Of a DNA stretch of 64,000 nt, positions 11,330 through 22,297 are shown piece by piece. Position 1 is the first letter of the stretch. The number at the start of each line of letters is the position of its first letter. The notes below the pieces were generated by a model. That model was given only the letters and a program-made list of their open reading frames with translations. It was not told the DNA's origin and made no database searches. Source of the stretch: Acidobacteriota bacterium (GTDB lineage: Bacteria; Acidobacteriota; UBA6911; RPQK01; JAJDTT01); NCBI GenBank assembly GCA_965217775.1, contig CBDCJH010000002.1, forward strand, positions 4,768,001 to 4,832,000, in the 5' to 3' direction. Position numbers and translations under genes: made by a program.

Positions 11330-12326
11330 AAGCCTCGATCAGCTGATCCAGCTTCCGGACTGCGCTTCCCGAGTCGATGGATTCGGCCGCGCGATCCAAG
11401 GCCACCCGAAAGTCCGGCTCTCCCGCCAGATGAAGGGCCGCCGCTGCGTTCAAGACCACCAGATCCCGTGGGGAACCGTGCTGTCTCCCCTCCAGAATTG
11501 CCCGGACCAGCCGGGCGTTGTCTTCGGGGCTGCCTCCGGCGACTGCCTGTGGATCCCAGGGAGCGAACGCGTGGGGCGCCGGGTCGAACTCGAAGCTGCG
11601 GTCCCGGTCCTCCTCCACTTCGGTCACCCAACTGGGAGCCGCCGTCGAGAGTTCGTCCAACCCGTCGCGGCTGTGGACCACCCAGGCCCGCCGGCAGCCC
11701 AGAGCAGCCAGAGCCTGCCCCAGTTTCCGAGTCAATTCCGGTGCGTAGACGCCGATGATCTGGTACGGAGCTCCCGCCGGATTCGTGAGGGGACCCAACA
11801 GGTTGAAGATGGTGCGATGCGGCAACTGCCGCCGGATCCCGACGACTCTCTTCATGGCGGGATGGAACAGCGGAGCGAAGAGAAAAGCGATCCCCAGTTC
11901 GTCCAGGCTCTTCCGGGCGACCTCGGCGGAGCGGCCGACCTGGACTCCCAGAGCCTGGAGGACGTCCGCGCTGCCGCTCCGGGAAGTGGCGGCCCGGTTG
12001 CCGTGCTTGGCCACCGGCAGCCCGGCGCCGGCGATGACGAAGGCCGCGGCGGTGGAGACGTTGAAAGTGTCCGCTCCTCCTCCGGTTCCGGCCGTGTCGA
12101 TGAAGCTGTGATGCCTGCTCCGCAGGCTCACGGCGTGGCGCCTCATGATCCGCGCGAAGCCGGCAATCTCCGAGGGAGTCTCTCCCTTGGAATAGAGCGC
12201 ACTCAGGAAGGCCATGATCTCCCGATCCGGCGTTCCCTCCGCCAGGATCAGCTCCAGGGCCTGGGCGGCCGAATCCTGCGGGAGGTCTCGGGACGCCTCC
12301 AACTCTCTGGTCAGCTCCTGCAACAT
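11319..12326 (-). CDS. trpD: anthranilate phosphoribosyltransferase
   Basis: DTAGTGG, FNVST, KHGNRAATSRSGSADVL. Confidence 0.96.
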   Translation of the reverse strand: MLQELTRELEASRDLPQDSAAQALELILAEGTPDREIMAFLSALYSKGETPSEIAGFARIMRRHAVSLRSRHHSFIDTAGTGGGADTFNVSTAAAFVIAGAGLPVAKHGNRAATSRSGSADVLQALGVQVGRSAEVARKSLDELGIAFLFAPLFHPAMKRVVGIRRQLPHRTIFNLLGPLTNPAGAPYQIIGVYAPELTRKLGQALAALGCRRAWVVHSRDGLDELSTAAPSWVTEVEEDRDRSFEFDPAPHAFAPWDPQAVAGGSPEDNARLVRAILEGRQHGSPRDLVVLNAAAALHLAGEPDFRVALDRAAESIDSGSAVRKLDQLIEAYAG

Positions 12327-12883
12327 AGGAAATTCTCCAGGATGGCCTTGCCCGGGTCGGTCAGCACCGATTCGGGATGGAATTGAACGCCGAAGATATC
12401 ATGTTCCCGATGCCTCAATCCCATGATCAGCCCGTTGTCGGTCCAGGCGTTCACCACCAGGCATTCGGGAAGATGGTCTTTGCTGACCATCAGAGAATGA
12501 TAGCGAGTGGCTTCGAAGGGATTGGGTATCCCCGAGAGGATGGAGTCCCCCTGATGATGGATTCTGGAGGTCTTCCCATGCATCAGCTCCGGCGCCCGGA
12601 TCACCAAGCCTCCATAGGCCGATGCGATGGCCTGATGGCCGAGGCAGACTCCCAGAACCGGCACCCGGCCCGCCAGCCGGCGGATCGCCTCGATGGAGAT
12701 TCCGGCGTCTTCAGGCGTTCCCGGTCCCGGTGAGATCACCAGCCTCTGGGGCGCCCGGCCCAGAATCTCGTCCGTCGTAATCCGGTCGTTGCGGTAGACC
12801 TCGAGGTCGCACCCCAACTCCCCCAGATACTGGACCAGGTTGTAGGTAAAGCTGTCGTAATTGTCGATCATGATGACGTTCAT
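12311..12883 (-). CDS. trpG: anthranilate synthase component II (glutamine amidotransferase)
   Basis: MNVIMIDNYDSFTYNL, SPGPG, GVCLGHQ, QFHPES; true start 12883 overlaps the trpE stop. Confidence 0.95.
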   Translation of the reverse strand: MNVIMIDNYDSFTYNLVQYLGELGCDLEVYRNDRITTDEILGRAPQRLVISPGPGTPEDAGISIEAIRRLAGRVPVLGVCLGHQAIASAYGGLVIRAPELMHGKTSRIHHQGDSILSGIPNPFEATRYHSLMVSKDHLPECLVVNAWTDNGLIMGLRHREHDIFGVQFHPESVLTDPGKAILENFLCCRS

Positions 12884-14256
12884 GAATGGACACCTGGAGA
12901 GTGGGCGGGCTGTCGCGGTTCCAGCGCCGAGGCCAGTTCCAGGGCCCGAAACAGGGCCCGCGCCTTGTTGCGGCATTCCTTGTGCTCGAGTTCCGGGACC
13001 GAATCGGCGACGATGCCCGCGCCCGCCTGAAGATATGCCTTTCCGTTCTTGATGGCGATGGTTCTGATGCCGATGCAGGAGTCCAGATTGCCCGAGAAGT
13101 CCAGATAGCCGACGGCTCCGGCGTAGACGCCTCGCCGGCACGGCTCCAACTCCTCGATGATCTCCATGGCCCTGACCTTGGGCGCTCCGGTCACGGTACC
13201 CGCCGGAAAGCAGGCGGCGAGAGCGTCGAACCGGTCCAATTCCGGGCGCAGCCGGCCCCGGAGCGAACTGGTGATGTGCATCACGTGCGAGTACTTCTCC
13301 AGGAACATCAGATCGGAGACGTGGACGGATCCGTAAGTGCTGACCCGCCCCAGATCGTTCCGGCCCAGATCCACCAGCATCAAGTGCTCCGCCCGTTCCT
13401 TCTCGTCCCCCAGCAACTCCTCTTCGAAGAACTTCTCCTCCTCGGGATTCCGGCCTCGACGCCGGGTGCCGGCAATGGGACGGTACTCCAGATCTCTTCC
13501 CTGAACCCGGACCAGCATCTCGGGGGAGGATCCGGCCAGCTGCAGGTCTCCCATCCTGAGATAGAAGAGATAGGGCGACGGGTTGACGTAGCGAAGGGCC
13601 CGGTAGACGTTGAAGGGGTCTCCCGGATAGTCCGCCTCGAAGCGCTGGGACAGGACCACCTGGAAGATGTCTCCGGCCCGAATGTACTCCTTGGAGGTCT
13701 CAACCGCGGCGCAGAAATCCTCTTTCCGAAAGCTGGAGCCGACGCAGCTCAGCGCCGGGAGCGCTTGGTCGGGATCGATGAGAACAGGGGCCTGCGGGGC
13801 GCTTCGGAGCCGGTGCTCCATCTCCCGGACCCGGTCCCGGCTCTCGTGGGACATGATGATGATCTGGTGTTTGACGTGGTCGAAAGCCACCACCGTGGCG
13901 TAGAAATCCATGAGCACCGTGGTGGCGGGGGAGAGGTGCCCATCCTGCCGGATCAGATTGGGAAGACGCTCCAGCTCCCGGACCATCTCATAGGCAAAGA
14001 TCCCGATGGCGCCCCCGGTGAAGGGAGGCAGGTCCGGATCGGCCGGCTTCCTCAGCGGAGGAAACTGGCGGCGGAAACCCTCGAACTGTCCTTCGAAGAC
14101 CTGGTAGGGATCCACTCCCAGGAAGGAATACCGCCCGATGTTCTCCCCTCCCTCGACCGACTCCAGGAGGAACCCTCTCCGGGCAGAGGAACCCAAGCTG
14201 AGAAAAGCGGTGACCGGGTTCAGCAGATCGGCCAAAAAGGCCTTGGTGTAAAGCAT
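12880..14256 (-). CDS. trpE: anthranilate synthase component I
   Basis: LLESVEGGE, GDIFQVVLSQR, AEHLMLVDLGRND, GAPKVRAM. Confidence 0.95.
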   Translation of the reverse strand: MLYTKAFLADLLNPVTAFLSLGSSARRGFLLESVEGGENIGRYSFLGVDPYQVFEGQFEGFRRQFPPLRKPADPDLPPFTGGAIGIFAYEMVRELERLPNLIRQDGHLSPATTVLMDFYATVVAFDHVKHQIIIMSHESRDRVREMEHRLRSAPQAPVLIDPDQALPALSCVGSSFRKEDFCAAVETSKEYIRAGDIFQVVLSQRFEADYPGDPFNVYRALRYVNPSPYLFYLRMGDLQLAGSSPEMLVRVQGRDLEYRPIAGTRRRGRNPEEEKFFEEELLGDEKERAEHLMLVDLGRNDLGRVSTYGSVHVSDLMFLEKYSHVMHITSSLRGRLRPELDRFDALAACFPAGTVTGAPKVRAMEIIEELEPCRRGVYAGAVGYLDFSGNLDSCIGIRTIAIKNGKAYLQAGAGIVADSVPELEHKECRNKARALFRALELASALEPRQPAHSPGVHS

Positions 14257-14274
14257 GGTTCAGAAACTTCGCCC

Positions 14275-14317
14275 AAAAAAAGAAAGGCCGTGGAGAACTA
14301 TCTCCACGGCCTTTCTT
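14275..14317 (-). terminator. intrinsic terminator of the trp attenuator
   Basis: Perfect 17-bp inverted repeat 14280-14296/14301-14317 (AAGAAAGGCCGTGGAGA) ending in a T-tract on the minus strand, just upstream of trpE. Confidence 0.9.
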
Positions 14318-14369
14318 GATCTCTATCTTGGCCCTTTGACGATGGACAGTCCTCCGATAACGATCTGTG

Positions 14370-14411
14370 CTAGACGCGCCAACCGTATCGGAAGAAACTG
14401 AAAATCGCCAT
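14370..14411 (-). CDS. trpL: trp operon leader peptide MAIFSFFRYGWRV
   Basis: uORF between a promoter and the terminator; 3 Phe, 1 Tyr and 1 Trp in 13 aa. Confidence 0.75.
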   Translation of the reverse strand: MAIFSFFRYGWRV

Positions 14412-14430
14412 GTCCAAATTGCCTTTTCCG

Positions 14431-14459
14431 AAGATACAGAGTCGGCGTTCGGAAGTCAA
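14431..14459 (-). promoter_or_regulatory. sigma70 promoter of the trp operon
   Basis: TTGACT-17 nt-TATCTT, 19 nt upstream of the leader ATG. Confidence 0.7.
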
Positions 14460-14605
14460 ACCGGATCTGTTCCGTACCCTCAAATCCTTGCGCAATTGGA
14501 CGACGAATCTATCGTAGGACCGAAGCAAGGCGTGACCCATTGAAGGTTCGGCAGCTGGCAGGCCACCGGTCCTATAGGTGCCCGGAAAGAGCGAAGAGGG
14601 TGCCC

Positions 14606-15841
14606 CTACCCCCCCGACATGGAGCGGAGGAAGGTGGCGTTGTCTCGGGTCTTGCTCAGCTTGTCCAGCAAGAGTTCCATGGACTCGGTGACGGAGAGGG
14701 GATTCAGGACCTTGCGCAAGATCCAGATTCGATTCAGATCGGCCCGCTTGAGCAGGAGCTCTTCCTTGCGGGTGCCGGAACGGTTGATGTCTATGGACGG
14801 GAAGATCCGCTTGTCGACCAGGCGCCGATCCAATCCCAGCTCCATGTTTCCGGTTCCCTTGAACTCCTCGAAGATGACGTCGTCCATTCGGCTGCCGGTG
14901 TCGATCAAGGCGGTGGCGATGATGGTGAGGCTGCCGCCTTCCTCGATGTTCCTGGCTGCTCCGAAGAAACGCTTGGGCCGCTGCAGCGCGTTGGAGTCCA
15001 CGCCACCCGACAGGACCTTTCCGGAGGGCGGGACCACGGAATTGTAGGCCCGGGCCAGACGGGTGATGGAATCCAGAAGGATCACCACGTCCTTGCCGTG
15101 CTCCACCAGCCGTTTGGCTTTTTCCAGGACCATTTCGGCAACTTGGATGTGGCGGGAGGCGGGCTCGTCGAAGGTGGAGCTGATCACCTCGCCTCGAACC
15201 GAGCGCTGCATGTCGGTCACTTCTTCCGGACGCTCGTCGATGAGAAGGACGATCAGAATGACCTCATGGTGGTTCTGGGCAATGGAGTGGGCGATGCTCT
15301 GCAGGATCATGGTCTTTCCCGCCCTGGGCGGAGAAACGATCAGTCCCCGCTGGCCCTTGCCGATGGGCGTGAGCAGATCCATGACCCGGCCCGTCAGATT
15401 ATTCTGGTTCGTCTCTTGATGGACGCGCTCGTCCGGGTAGATCGGGGTCAGGTTCTCGAAAAAGGTGCGATCGCGCGCCACGTCCGGGTGCTCGAAATTG
15501 ATGGCTTCCACCTTGATCAGGGCGAAGTAGCGTTCTCCCTCCTTGGGAGGCCGGACCTGCCCGGACACGGTATCCCCGGTGCGAAGATCGAACCGGCGGA
15601 TCTGGGAGGGGGAGACGTAGATATCGTCGGGGCCGGGCAGATAGTTGTACTCGGGAGCTCGCAGAAAGCCGAATCCGTCGGGAAGCGTTTCCAGAACCCC
15701 CTCCGAGAAAATGAGGCCGCTGCGTTCCGTCTGGGCCTTGAGGATCTGGAAGATCAACTCCTGCTTCCGCATCCCCGCGGCGCCGGAAATGGCCAGACGC
15801 TGGGCGATCAGATTCAACGCGCTGATGTTCAGCTCCTTCAA
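14606..15841 (-). CDS. rho: transcription termination factor Rho (start uncertain)
   Basis: [47 protein letters not shown]. Confidence 0.97.
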   Translation of the reverse strand: MKELNISALNLIAQRLAISGAAGMRKQELIFQILKAQTERSGLIFSEGVLETLPDGFGFLRAPEYNYLPGPDDIYVSPSQIRRFDLRTGDTVSGQVRPPKEGERYFALIKVEAINFEHPDVARDRTFFENLTPIYPDERVHQETNQNNLTGRVMDLLTPIGKGQRGLIVSPPRAGKTMILQSIAHSIAQNHHEVILIVLLIDERPEEVTDMQRSVRGEVISSTFDEPASRHIQVAEMVLEKAKRLVEHGKDVVILLDSITRLARAYNSVVPPSGKVLSGGVDSNALQRPKRFFGAARNIEEGGSLTIIATALIDTGSRMDDVIFEEFKGTGNMELGLDRRLVDKRIFPSIDINRSGTRKEELLLKRADLNRIWILRKVLNPLSVTESMELLLDKLSKTRDNATFLRSMSGG

Positions 15842-16061
15842 TTCCTGAATATTTAGGGGCTTGCCGGTTCCCGGAAGGTGGACGTGCTTGCTTCAGACAT
15901 TCTTCAATGGCCTTTCAAATTGGTCGCCACGGGATCTTTCACACCAGCCACCTGTGGCGGGATGGCCGGGAGTCTCGGAGAGTGATCAAACTCCAGAGAC
16001 TTGAATCACCAAACCTGATGGTTGTCTTCCGGTTGGATTCGATGGAACAAGCACCGTCCCC

Positions 16062-18494
16062 TCAGTGGACGCCGGCCTGTTCTCCCCCCTCCAATTGAGG
16101 CGGCTGCGGGTCGTTCATGTATTCATCCCGCCGTTGCCGACTCTTTCTCTTGATGGGCTTTTCGAGTGCGATGTCGAGAACCTCGTCCATGGTGTCGACG
16201 AGGACAATCTTGATCTTTTCCAGAACAGAGTCAGGGATCTCCTTCAGATCCTTTTCGTTGTCTTTGGCCAGAACGACGGTGCCGATCCCGGCCCGGTGAG
16301 CCGCCAGAATCTTCTCCTTGACGCCCCCGATGGGAAGGACCTTGCCGCGCAGGGTGATCTCCCCGGTCATGGCCACGTCACGGCGAACTGCGATTCCCGT
16401 CAAGGCCGAGACGATAGTGGTGGCCATGGTGATCCCGGCCGAGGGGCCGTCCTTGGGAATGGCTCCTTCCGGCACATGGACGTGCATGTCCAGAATCTTG
16501 TGAAAATCCTTGAGCAAACTGTAATCCGAACTTCGGGATCGAATGAAGGAAAGAGCGGCTTTTGCCGATTCCTGCATGACCTCGCCCAGCTTTCCGGTCA
16601 AGAGCAGATCGCCCTTGCCCTGCATGGTGGTGGCCTCGGTCAGGAGCACCTCGCCACCCGCTTCGGTCCAGGCGAGACCGGTGGCCAGACCGACCTGATT
16701 CGTTTCCGCCGCCAGTTGGCTCCGGAACTTGTGAGGACCAAGATAATCCCGGATCTTGCCGGGAGAAATATCGAAGACCTGGTCCTCGGGTTTGATCTTC
16801 TTCCGGGCCCGAACCAGCTTGTGCGCCACCTTCCGGCAGATGCTTCCGATCTCCCGCTCCAGGTTGCGGACTCCGGATTCGCGGGTGTAGTAGCGAATGA
16901 GCTCCAGGATCGCGTCGTCCTCAAATCGGAGCGGCCTCCTTTTCAGGCCGTTCCGATCCAGTTGCTTGGGCAACAGGTACTGCCGGCCGATCTTGAGCTT
17001 CTCCCATTCCGTGTAGCCGGAGATGTCGATGACCTCCATGCGATCCTGCAACGGTCTCGGAATGCTGTGACGAACGTTGCCGGTGCAGATGAAGAGGACA
17101 TCGGAGAGGTCGTATTCCGTATCCAGATAGTGGTCCACGAAGCTGTTGTTGTGCTCCGGGTCCAGGACCTCCATGAGGGCGGCGGACGGGTCGCCCCGGA
17201 AGTCCATGCTCATCTTGTCGATCTCGTCCAGAAGGAGCAGGGGATTCCGGGTCCCCGCCTTTTTCATCATCTGGATGATCTGCCCGGGAAGAGCTCCGAT
17301 GTAGGTTCGCCGGTGCCCGCGAATCTCCGCTTCGTCACGGACTCCGCCCAGTGAGAGACGGACGAACTTCCTTCCCGTCGCCCGCGCGATGGACCGTCCC
17401 AGCGAGGTCTTTCCGACGCCCGGCGGGCCGATGAAGCAGAGTATCGACCCATTGGATTTCTTGCGGGAAAGCTGCCTGACGGCGAGATACTCCAAAATCC
17501 GTTGCTTGACCTTGTCCAGACCGTAATGGTCCGCTTCCAGCACTTTCTCGGCCCGCGTGATTTCGCGGACCTCACGGCTCCGCTTCTTCCAGGGCATGGA
17601 GACGAGCCACTCGACATAGGTCCGGCTGACCGTGCTCTCGGCGCTCATGGGTGGCATGTGCTGAAGCCGCCGGATCTCATTCATCGCCTTCTCTTTGGCG
17701 TCCTTGGACATGGAGGCGGCTTCGATTTTCTTCTTCAGTTCCTCCAACTCGTCCTTGTCCCCGCGTCCCAACTCCTCCTGAATGGCCTTGACCTTCTCGT
17801 TCAGGTAGTACTCCCGCTGGGCCTTCTCCATCTGCCGGCGCACGCGCCCCTGAACCGACCGGTCCATCTTGATCTTCTCGATCTCGATCTCGATGGACTC
17901 ACAGATCTTCGTCATCCGTTCCGCGGGATCCACGATCTCAAGGAGAATCTGCTTGTCCTCGACAACGATGGGAAGGTTGGCTGCGACCGCGTCCGCGAGC
18001 CGTTCCGGGGTGGTGTTTCGAGTCGACTGGACGATGGTCTCATAGCTGATGTTGGGATTCAGCTTGGCGAATTCCTCAAACAGCAGGTTCAGGCGTTTTG
18101 TGAGCAGGCTCATCTTGGCGCGGGAGACCACCGGAACCGGCTCCACTTCGACCTCGGCCCGAAAATAGCCCGCGGCACCGGAAACACGAACGGTTCGAGC
18201 GCGCTGGACCCCCTCGACCAGAACTTTGATATTTCCGTCCGGAAGCTTGAGGCTCTGGACGATGTTGGAAACGGTTCCGACCTCGTAGATGTCCGCGGAG
18301 GACGGACTATCCTGCGACGCGTCCTTCTGGGTGGCCAGGTAGATCTTCTTGTCCGCCTTCAACGCCACTTCCAACGCCTTCACCGAGGAATCTCGCCCAA
18401 TCACGAAGGGGACCATCATCGCCGGGAAGACGACGACATCGCGAATGGGGACCATGGGATAACTCGCGGTCCGCTTGTCTTGGATGTCCGGCAT
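16062..18494 (-). CDS. lon: Lon protease
   Basis: LON N-domain, [17 protein letters not shown]. Confidence 0.98.
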   Translation of the reverse strand: MPDIQDKRTASYPMVPIRDVVVFPAMMVPFVIGRDSSVKALEVALKADKKIYLATQKDASQDSPSSADIYEVGTVSNIVQSLKLPDGNIKVLVEGVQRARTVRVSGAAGYFRAEVEVEPVPVVSRAKMSLLTKRLNLLFEEFAKLNPNISYETIVQSTRNTTPERLADAVAANLPIVVEDKQILLEIVDPAERMTKICESIEIEIEKIKMDRSVQGRVRRQMEKAQREYYLNEKVKAIQEELGRGDKDELEELKKKIEAASMSKDAKEKAMNEIRRLQHMPPMSAESTVSRTYVEWLVSMPWKKRSREVREITRAEKVLEADHYGLDKVKQRILEYLAVRQLSRKKSNGSILCFIGPPGVGKTSLGRSIARATGRKFVRLSLGGVRDEAEIRGHRRTYIGALPGQIIQMMKKAGTRNPLLLLDEIDKMSMDFRGDPSAALMEVLDPEHNNSFVDHYLDTEYDLSDVLFICTGNVRHSIPRPLQDRMEVIDISGYTEWEKLKIGRQYLLPKQLDRNGLKRRPLRFEDDAILELIRYYTRESGVRNLEREIGSICRKVAHKLVRARKKIKPEDQVFDISPGKIRDYLGPHKFRSQLAAETNQVGLATGLAWTEAGGEVLLTEATTMQGKGDLLLTGKLGEVMQESAKAALSFIRSRSSDYSLLKDFHKILDMHVHVPEGAIPKDGPSAGITMATTIVSALTGIAVRRDVAMTGEITLRGKVLPIGGVKEKILAAHRAGIGTVVLAKDNEKDLKEIPDSVLEKIKIVLVDTMDEVLDIALEKPIKRKSRQRRDEYMNDPQPPQLEGGEQAGVH

Positions 18495-18629
18495 ACTCGT
18501 GTTCTGTCGTAAGCTAAATAGTACGAGCGCTTCTCACTGTAAGATGCAGCCCACCAGGATTCGTTTCAACGACCGTGTCGAAGCCGGTCGGACCGGCAGG
18601 GACGGCGGCAGGAACCCCCTTCAGAACCA

Positions 18630-19871
18630 TCATCCCGCCTTCTCGAGAACCTGAAACACAATTTCGCGGTTCTCCACCATTTCCTTGGTCACCACCAACT
18701 CGTCCATCGTCTTGTTGGAGGGGAGTTCGTACATGAGGTCCAACATAAGATCCTCTACCACCAACCGCAAGCCGCGCGCTCCGATCTTACTCTTCAAAGC
18801 CAGATCCGCAATGGCCAGCAGGGAGCCCTCGGTGAACCTCAGAGAGACGCCCTCGAACTCGAACATCCTCTGATATTGCTTGACCAGGGCGTTGCTGGGC
18901 CGGGTCAGGATCTCGACCAATGCGTCTCGGTCCAGATCGTGCAGCGTGCAGACGATGGAGAGGCGCCCCACGAACTCGGGAATCAGGCCGAATTTGATCA
19001 GGTCCTCAGGCAGAGTCTGGCCCAGGACTTCCGAAGTGCTTTCCTGCTTCCATCGGTTGTCGCCGAGCGAGGATCGGAACCCCATGCCGCTCCGTCCCAG
19101 ACGATTTCGAATCAATTTCTCGAGGCCGACGAAGGCTCCTCCACACAGGAACAGAATGTTCGTGGTGTCCACCTGAACGAATTCCTGGTGAGGGTGTTTG
19201 CGGCCTCCCTGAGGAGGAACGTTGGCCACGGTCCCTTCCAATATCTTGAGCAGCGCCTGTTGGACTCCCTCGCCCGATACGTCCCGCGTAATGGACGGGT
19301 TTTCATCCTTACGGGAGATCTTGTCAATCTCGTCGATGTAGATGATCCCCTGCATGCAGCGTTCCCGGTCTCCCCCGGCGGACTGCAGCAAACGAAGCAG
19401 GATGTTCTCCACGTCCTCCCCCACGTAGCCGGCCTCGGTCAAGGTGGTGGCGTCGACGATGGCAAAGGGAACCGAGAGCATGCGGGCCAGCGTCTGCGCC
19501 AGGAGCGTCTTGCCGGTACCGGTGGGGCCGATGAGCAGCACGTTGCTTTTCGAGAGCTCGACGTTCTGGCGGCGCCGTCTGCCCAGCTTGATCCGTTTGT
19601 AGTGATTGTAGACGGCCACGGCCAACTTCTTCTTGGGGATCTCCTGGCCCACGACATACTGGTCCAGGAACTCCTTGATCTCCACCGGCTTGGGCAGGGT
19701 CTCCTTGATCGATGCCGCCTCTGCCGTCAGTTCATCGGCGATGATCTCGTTGCAGATGTCGACACATTCGTCGCAAATGAAGACTGACGGACCCGCGATC
19801 AGCTTCTTGACGTGCTTCTGGCTCTTGTTGCAGAAAGAGCACTGGAAAATGTCTTCCACATTCTTCTTCAC
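18630..19871 (-). CDS. clpX: ClpX ATPase
   Basis: CSFC zinc finger, [14 protein letters not shown]; GTG start at 19871 with GGGGAG RBS. Confidence 0.97.
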   Translation of the reverse strand: MKKNVEDIFQCSFCNKSQKHVKKLIAGPSVFICDECVDICNEIIADELTAEAASIKETLPKPVEIKEFLDQYVVGQEIPKKKLAVAVYNHYKRIKLGRRRRQNVELSKSNVLLIGPTGTGKTLLAQTLARMLSVPFAIVDATTLTEAGYVGEDVENILLRLLQSAGGDRERCMQGIIYIDEIDKISRKDENPSITRDVSGEGVQQALLKILEGTVANVPPQGGRKHPHQEFVQVDTTNILFLCGGAFVGLEKLIRNRLGRSGMGFRSSLGDNRWKQESTSEVLGQTLPEDLIKFGLIPEFVGRLSIVCTLHDLDRDALVEILTRPSNALVKQYQRMFEFEGVSLRFTEGSLLAIADLALKSKIGARGLRLVVEDLMLDLMYELPSNKTMDELVVTKEMVENREIVFQVLEKAG

Positions 19872-19968
19872 TTGAGCTCCCCTGTTGACCACGAACACCG
19901 CAGAGCGCCGACCAGAGGGGTGGGATCCGGCGAACGAGTGTCGAGGCTGTCTGGGATGACCGAGTCCG

Positions 19969-20556
19969 TCAAGTGTGCTTCTCGATGGCCATGTCGATAA
20001 TACCATACTCCTTGGCTTCCGGAGTCGCCATGATGAAGTCCCGGTCCACGTCCTTGGCGACCCGGCGCAAGGTCTGCTTGGTGTGCTTGGCCAGGATCCG
20101 GTTGGTCGTATCCCGCATTCTCAGGATCTCCCGGGCATGGATATCGATGTCGGTCGCCTGACCCGAGAGTCCCGACATGGTGGGCTGGTGGATGAGGATC
20201 CGGCTGTGGGGCAGGGCGAACCGTTTTCCCGGGGCGCCGGCGGCCAGCAACAACGCCGCCATGGACGCAGCCTGCCCGATGCAAATGGTGGTCACGTCGT
20301 TCTTGACGAACTGCATGGTGTCGTAAATGGCCAGACCTGCGGTGATGGAGCCTCCCGGGGAATTGATGTACAGGGAAATGTCCTTGTCCGGTCCCTCCGC
20401 TTCCAGGAAGAGTAGTTGAGCGGTGACCACGTTGGCCACATTGTCATCGATAGGCGTGCCGACGAAGATGATGTTGTCCTTCAAGAGACGGGAATAGATG
20501 TCGTAGGCGCGCTCGCCACGATTGCTCTGCTCGACCACCATGGGAATCAAAGGCAT
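19969..20556 (-). CDS. clpP: ClpP protease
   Basis: [24 protein letters not shown]. Confidence 0.98.
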   Translation of the reverse strand: MPLIPMVVEQSNRGERAYDIYSRLLKDNIIFVGTPIDDNVANVVTAQLLFLEAEGPDKDISLYINSPGGSITAGLAIYDTMQFVKNDVTTICIGQAASMAALLLAAGAPGKRFALPHSRILIHQPTMSGLSGQATDIDIHAREILRMRDTTNRILAKHTKQTLRRVAKDVDRDFIMATPEAKEYGIIDMAIEKHT

Positions 20557-20681
20557 CCTGGAACTCCTCTTTTCGCTACCCGTCGCCGGGGAGACTCATG
20601 TCGCCTCGTGGAAAAACCCGTCATGACATTCGTCCGAAGCTCCCCGGAGGGGACGCTCCCCATCGCGCGCTTTGCACGCCA

Positions 20682-21971
20682 TCAGTTCTCTCGAACCACC
20701 GCTTGCTCCACCAGCAACTCCAGCGCCTTGCGGCGAAGGATGCGAGCTTCCAGATCCGTTCTCGACTCTTGGTCGTGAAATCTCTGCCGAATCTTCTCCA
20801 GCGGCTGATTCAGAGCATCCGCCGTTTGACGAAGTTCCGCCTCCAACTCCGCCGGCTTGACCTCCAGATTCTCATTCTCGGCGATCTCCGAAAGGACCAA
20901 CGCTGCCCGCGTCTCCTGCTCGGCATCCTGGCGAAAGTCGTCCCGAATTCGATTCCAGTCCAGGTTCGCCTTGGTGGGATCCACACCCTGCCGAGCCATA
21001 TTGTAGGCGACGTCACGGATCTTGGTGTCGATCCGGTCTTCCACCAGGATTTCCGGCACCTGGAAGCGGCTGGCCTCGGAAAGCCTGTCGATCAGTTGGC
21101 GCCTGATGCTGGAATCCCGGGCCTGTTGCCATTGGCTTGAGAGCCCTTGCCGAATCTGCTCCCGGAGTTGACCCAGGTCGTCGAAATCTCCCAGATCCTT
21201 GGCGAACTCATCGTTCAGCTCCGGAAGGTCCTTGACCTTGATGTCGTTCAGTTGCAGGTTGAAGCGGACGCGGCGGCCGGCCAGCTTCTCTTCCGGATAC
21301 TCTTGGGGATAGTCCACGACGAAAGTCTTCTCTCCGCCGACCTCCATTTCCTGCAGGGCCTGATTGAAATCTCGCTGGGTGCGTTCGTCTCCCACGCGGA
21401 TGGTCGTGTTCTCCTGCCGGATCGCCTCATCTCCGTCGGGAACGTACTTGCCCACCAGGTCCACCACAGCGTAGTCCCCATCGCGGGCTGCTTCCCGATC
21501 CGGAACCGAAATCAGGGGCGCATGGCGACCCCGAAGCTGCTCCAACTCCCGGGTCACCGATTCCTCGTCCGGAGACTTCTTCTCCAGACGCACTTCCAGC
21601 CCCCTGTATTCGGGGATCTCGAAGTCGGGCAGGGTCTCCACCACGGCCTCGTACACCAGAGGCTCCCCGTCATTGAAGTCCACTTGTTCCAGTTGCAACT
21701 GGCCGAGGGGTCGGATTTTCCTTTCCCGGATGGACTGGTCGTAAGACGCGGGGATCAACTTTCGCAGGACATCCTGGCGAATGTCCTTTCGATATCGCCG
21801 TTTGACCAGCGCCACCGGGGCCTTGCCGGGGCGGAACCCGGCAATTCGGGAGTGTCTTCTATAGGTCGCGGCAACCCGGTTGAACTCGGCGAGCACCGTC
21901 TCGACCGGCACCTCGACCCGCAACTTCATTTTAACCGGGCTGATCTCTTCCAGTTCCGTCCGGACGTTCAT
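20682..21971 (-). CDS. tig: trigger factor
   Basis: GFRPGKAP ribosome-binding motif; tig-clpP-clpX-lon synteny. Confidence 0.95.
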   Translation of the reverse strand: MNVRTELEEISPVKMKLRVEVPVETVLAEFNRVAATYRRHSRIAGFRPGKAPVALVKRRYRKDIRQDVLRKLIPASYDQSIRERKIRPLGQLQLEQVDFNDGEPLVYEAVVETLPDFEIPEYRGLEVRLEKKSPDEESVTRELEQLRGRHAPLISVPDREAARDGDYAVVDLVGKYVPDGDEAIRQENTTIRVGDERTQRDFNQALQEMEVGGEKTFVVDYPQEYPEEKLAGRRVRFNLQLNDIKVKDLPELNDEFAKDLGDFDDLGQLREQIRQGLSSQWQQARDSSIRRQLIDRLSEASRFQVPEILVEDRIDTKIRDVAYNMARQGVDPTKANLDWNRIRDDFRQDAEQETRAALVLSEIAENENLEVKPAELEAELRQTADALNQPLEKIRQRFHDQESRTDLEARILRRKALELLVEQAVVREN

Positions 21972-22055
21972 GATCCACCGCCGATGCCCGTTTCAAGGCG
22001 GCACACATTCTAACAGCCCTCGGCGACCGCCGCGCCGATGGCGAAATATGGAGAC

Positions 22056-22078
22056 GGTGCCCACAAGGGGAGCCCTAC
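22056..22078 (-). repeat. degenerate GTAG-type REP
   Basis: GTAGGGCTCCCCTTGTGGGCACC resembles the copy at 50251-50275. Confidence 0.5.
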
Positions 22079-22092
22079 GTTATAGTCTCTTC

Positions 22093-22272
22093 GTGGCCGC
22101 CGATCGTGAGAGAGAGCTTCTGGAACAGAAGGCCCAGGCGCTGGATCGAATCCTGAACCTGTACCTGGAACTGCAGCACTCGGCTTTCTACAGCCGCAAC
22201 TGGGTCGACCTGGCCGAGTTGTTGGAAGAGGAAGTCGCTCGACTCGCCCCGGCTGAAGCGGACGAAGAATGA
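22093..22272 (+). CDS. small acidic helical hypothetical protein
   Basis: (M)AADRERELLEQKAQALDRILNLYLELQ...; TATAGT 6 nt before the GTG; alternative ATG at 22048. Confidence 0.55.
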   Translation: MAADRERELLEQKAQALDRILNLYLELQHSAFYSRNWVDLAELLEEEVARLAPAEADEE

Positions 22273-22297
22273 AGATCCGACCGCTGTGAAATTCCGG

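Noticed and set aside
18495-18600. Heat-shock regulatory site upstream of lon
   Set aside because: Only a weak TTGAAA-17-CATCTT match; no CIRCE inverted repeat or clear sigma32 -10
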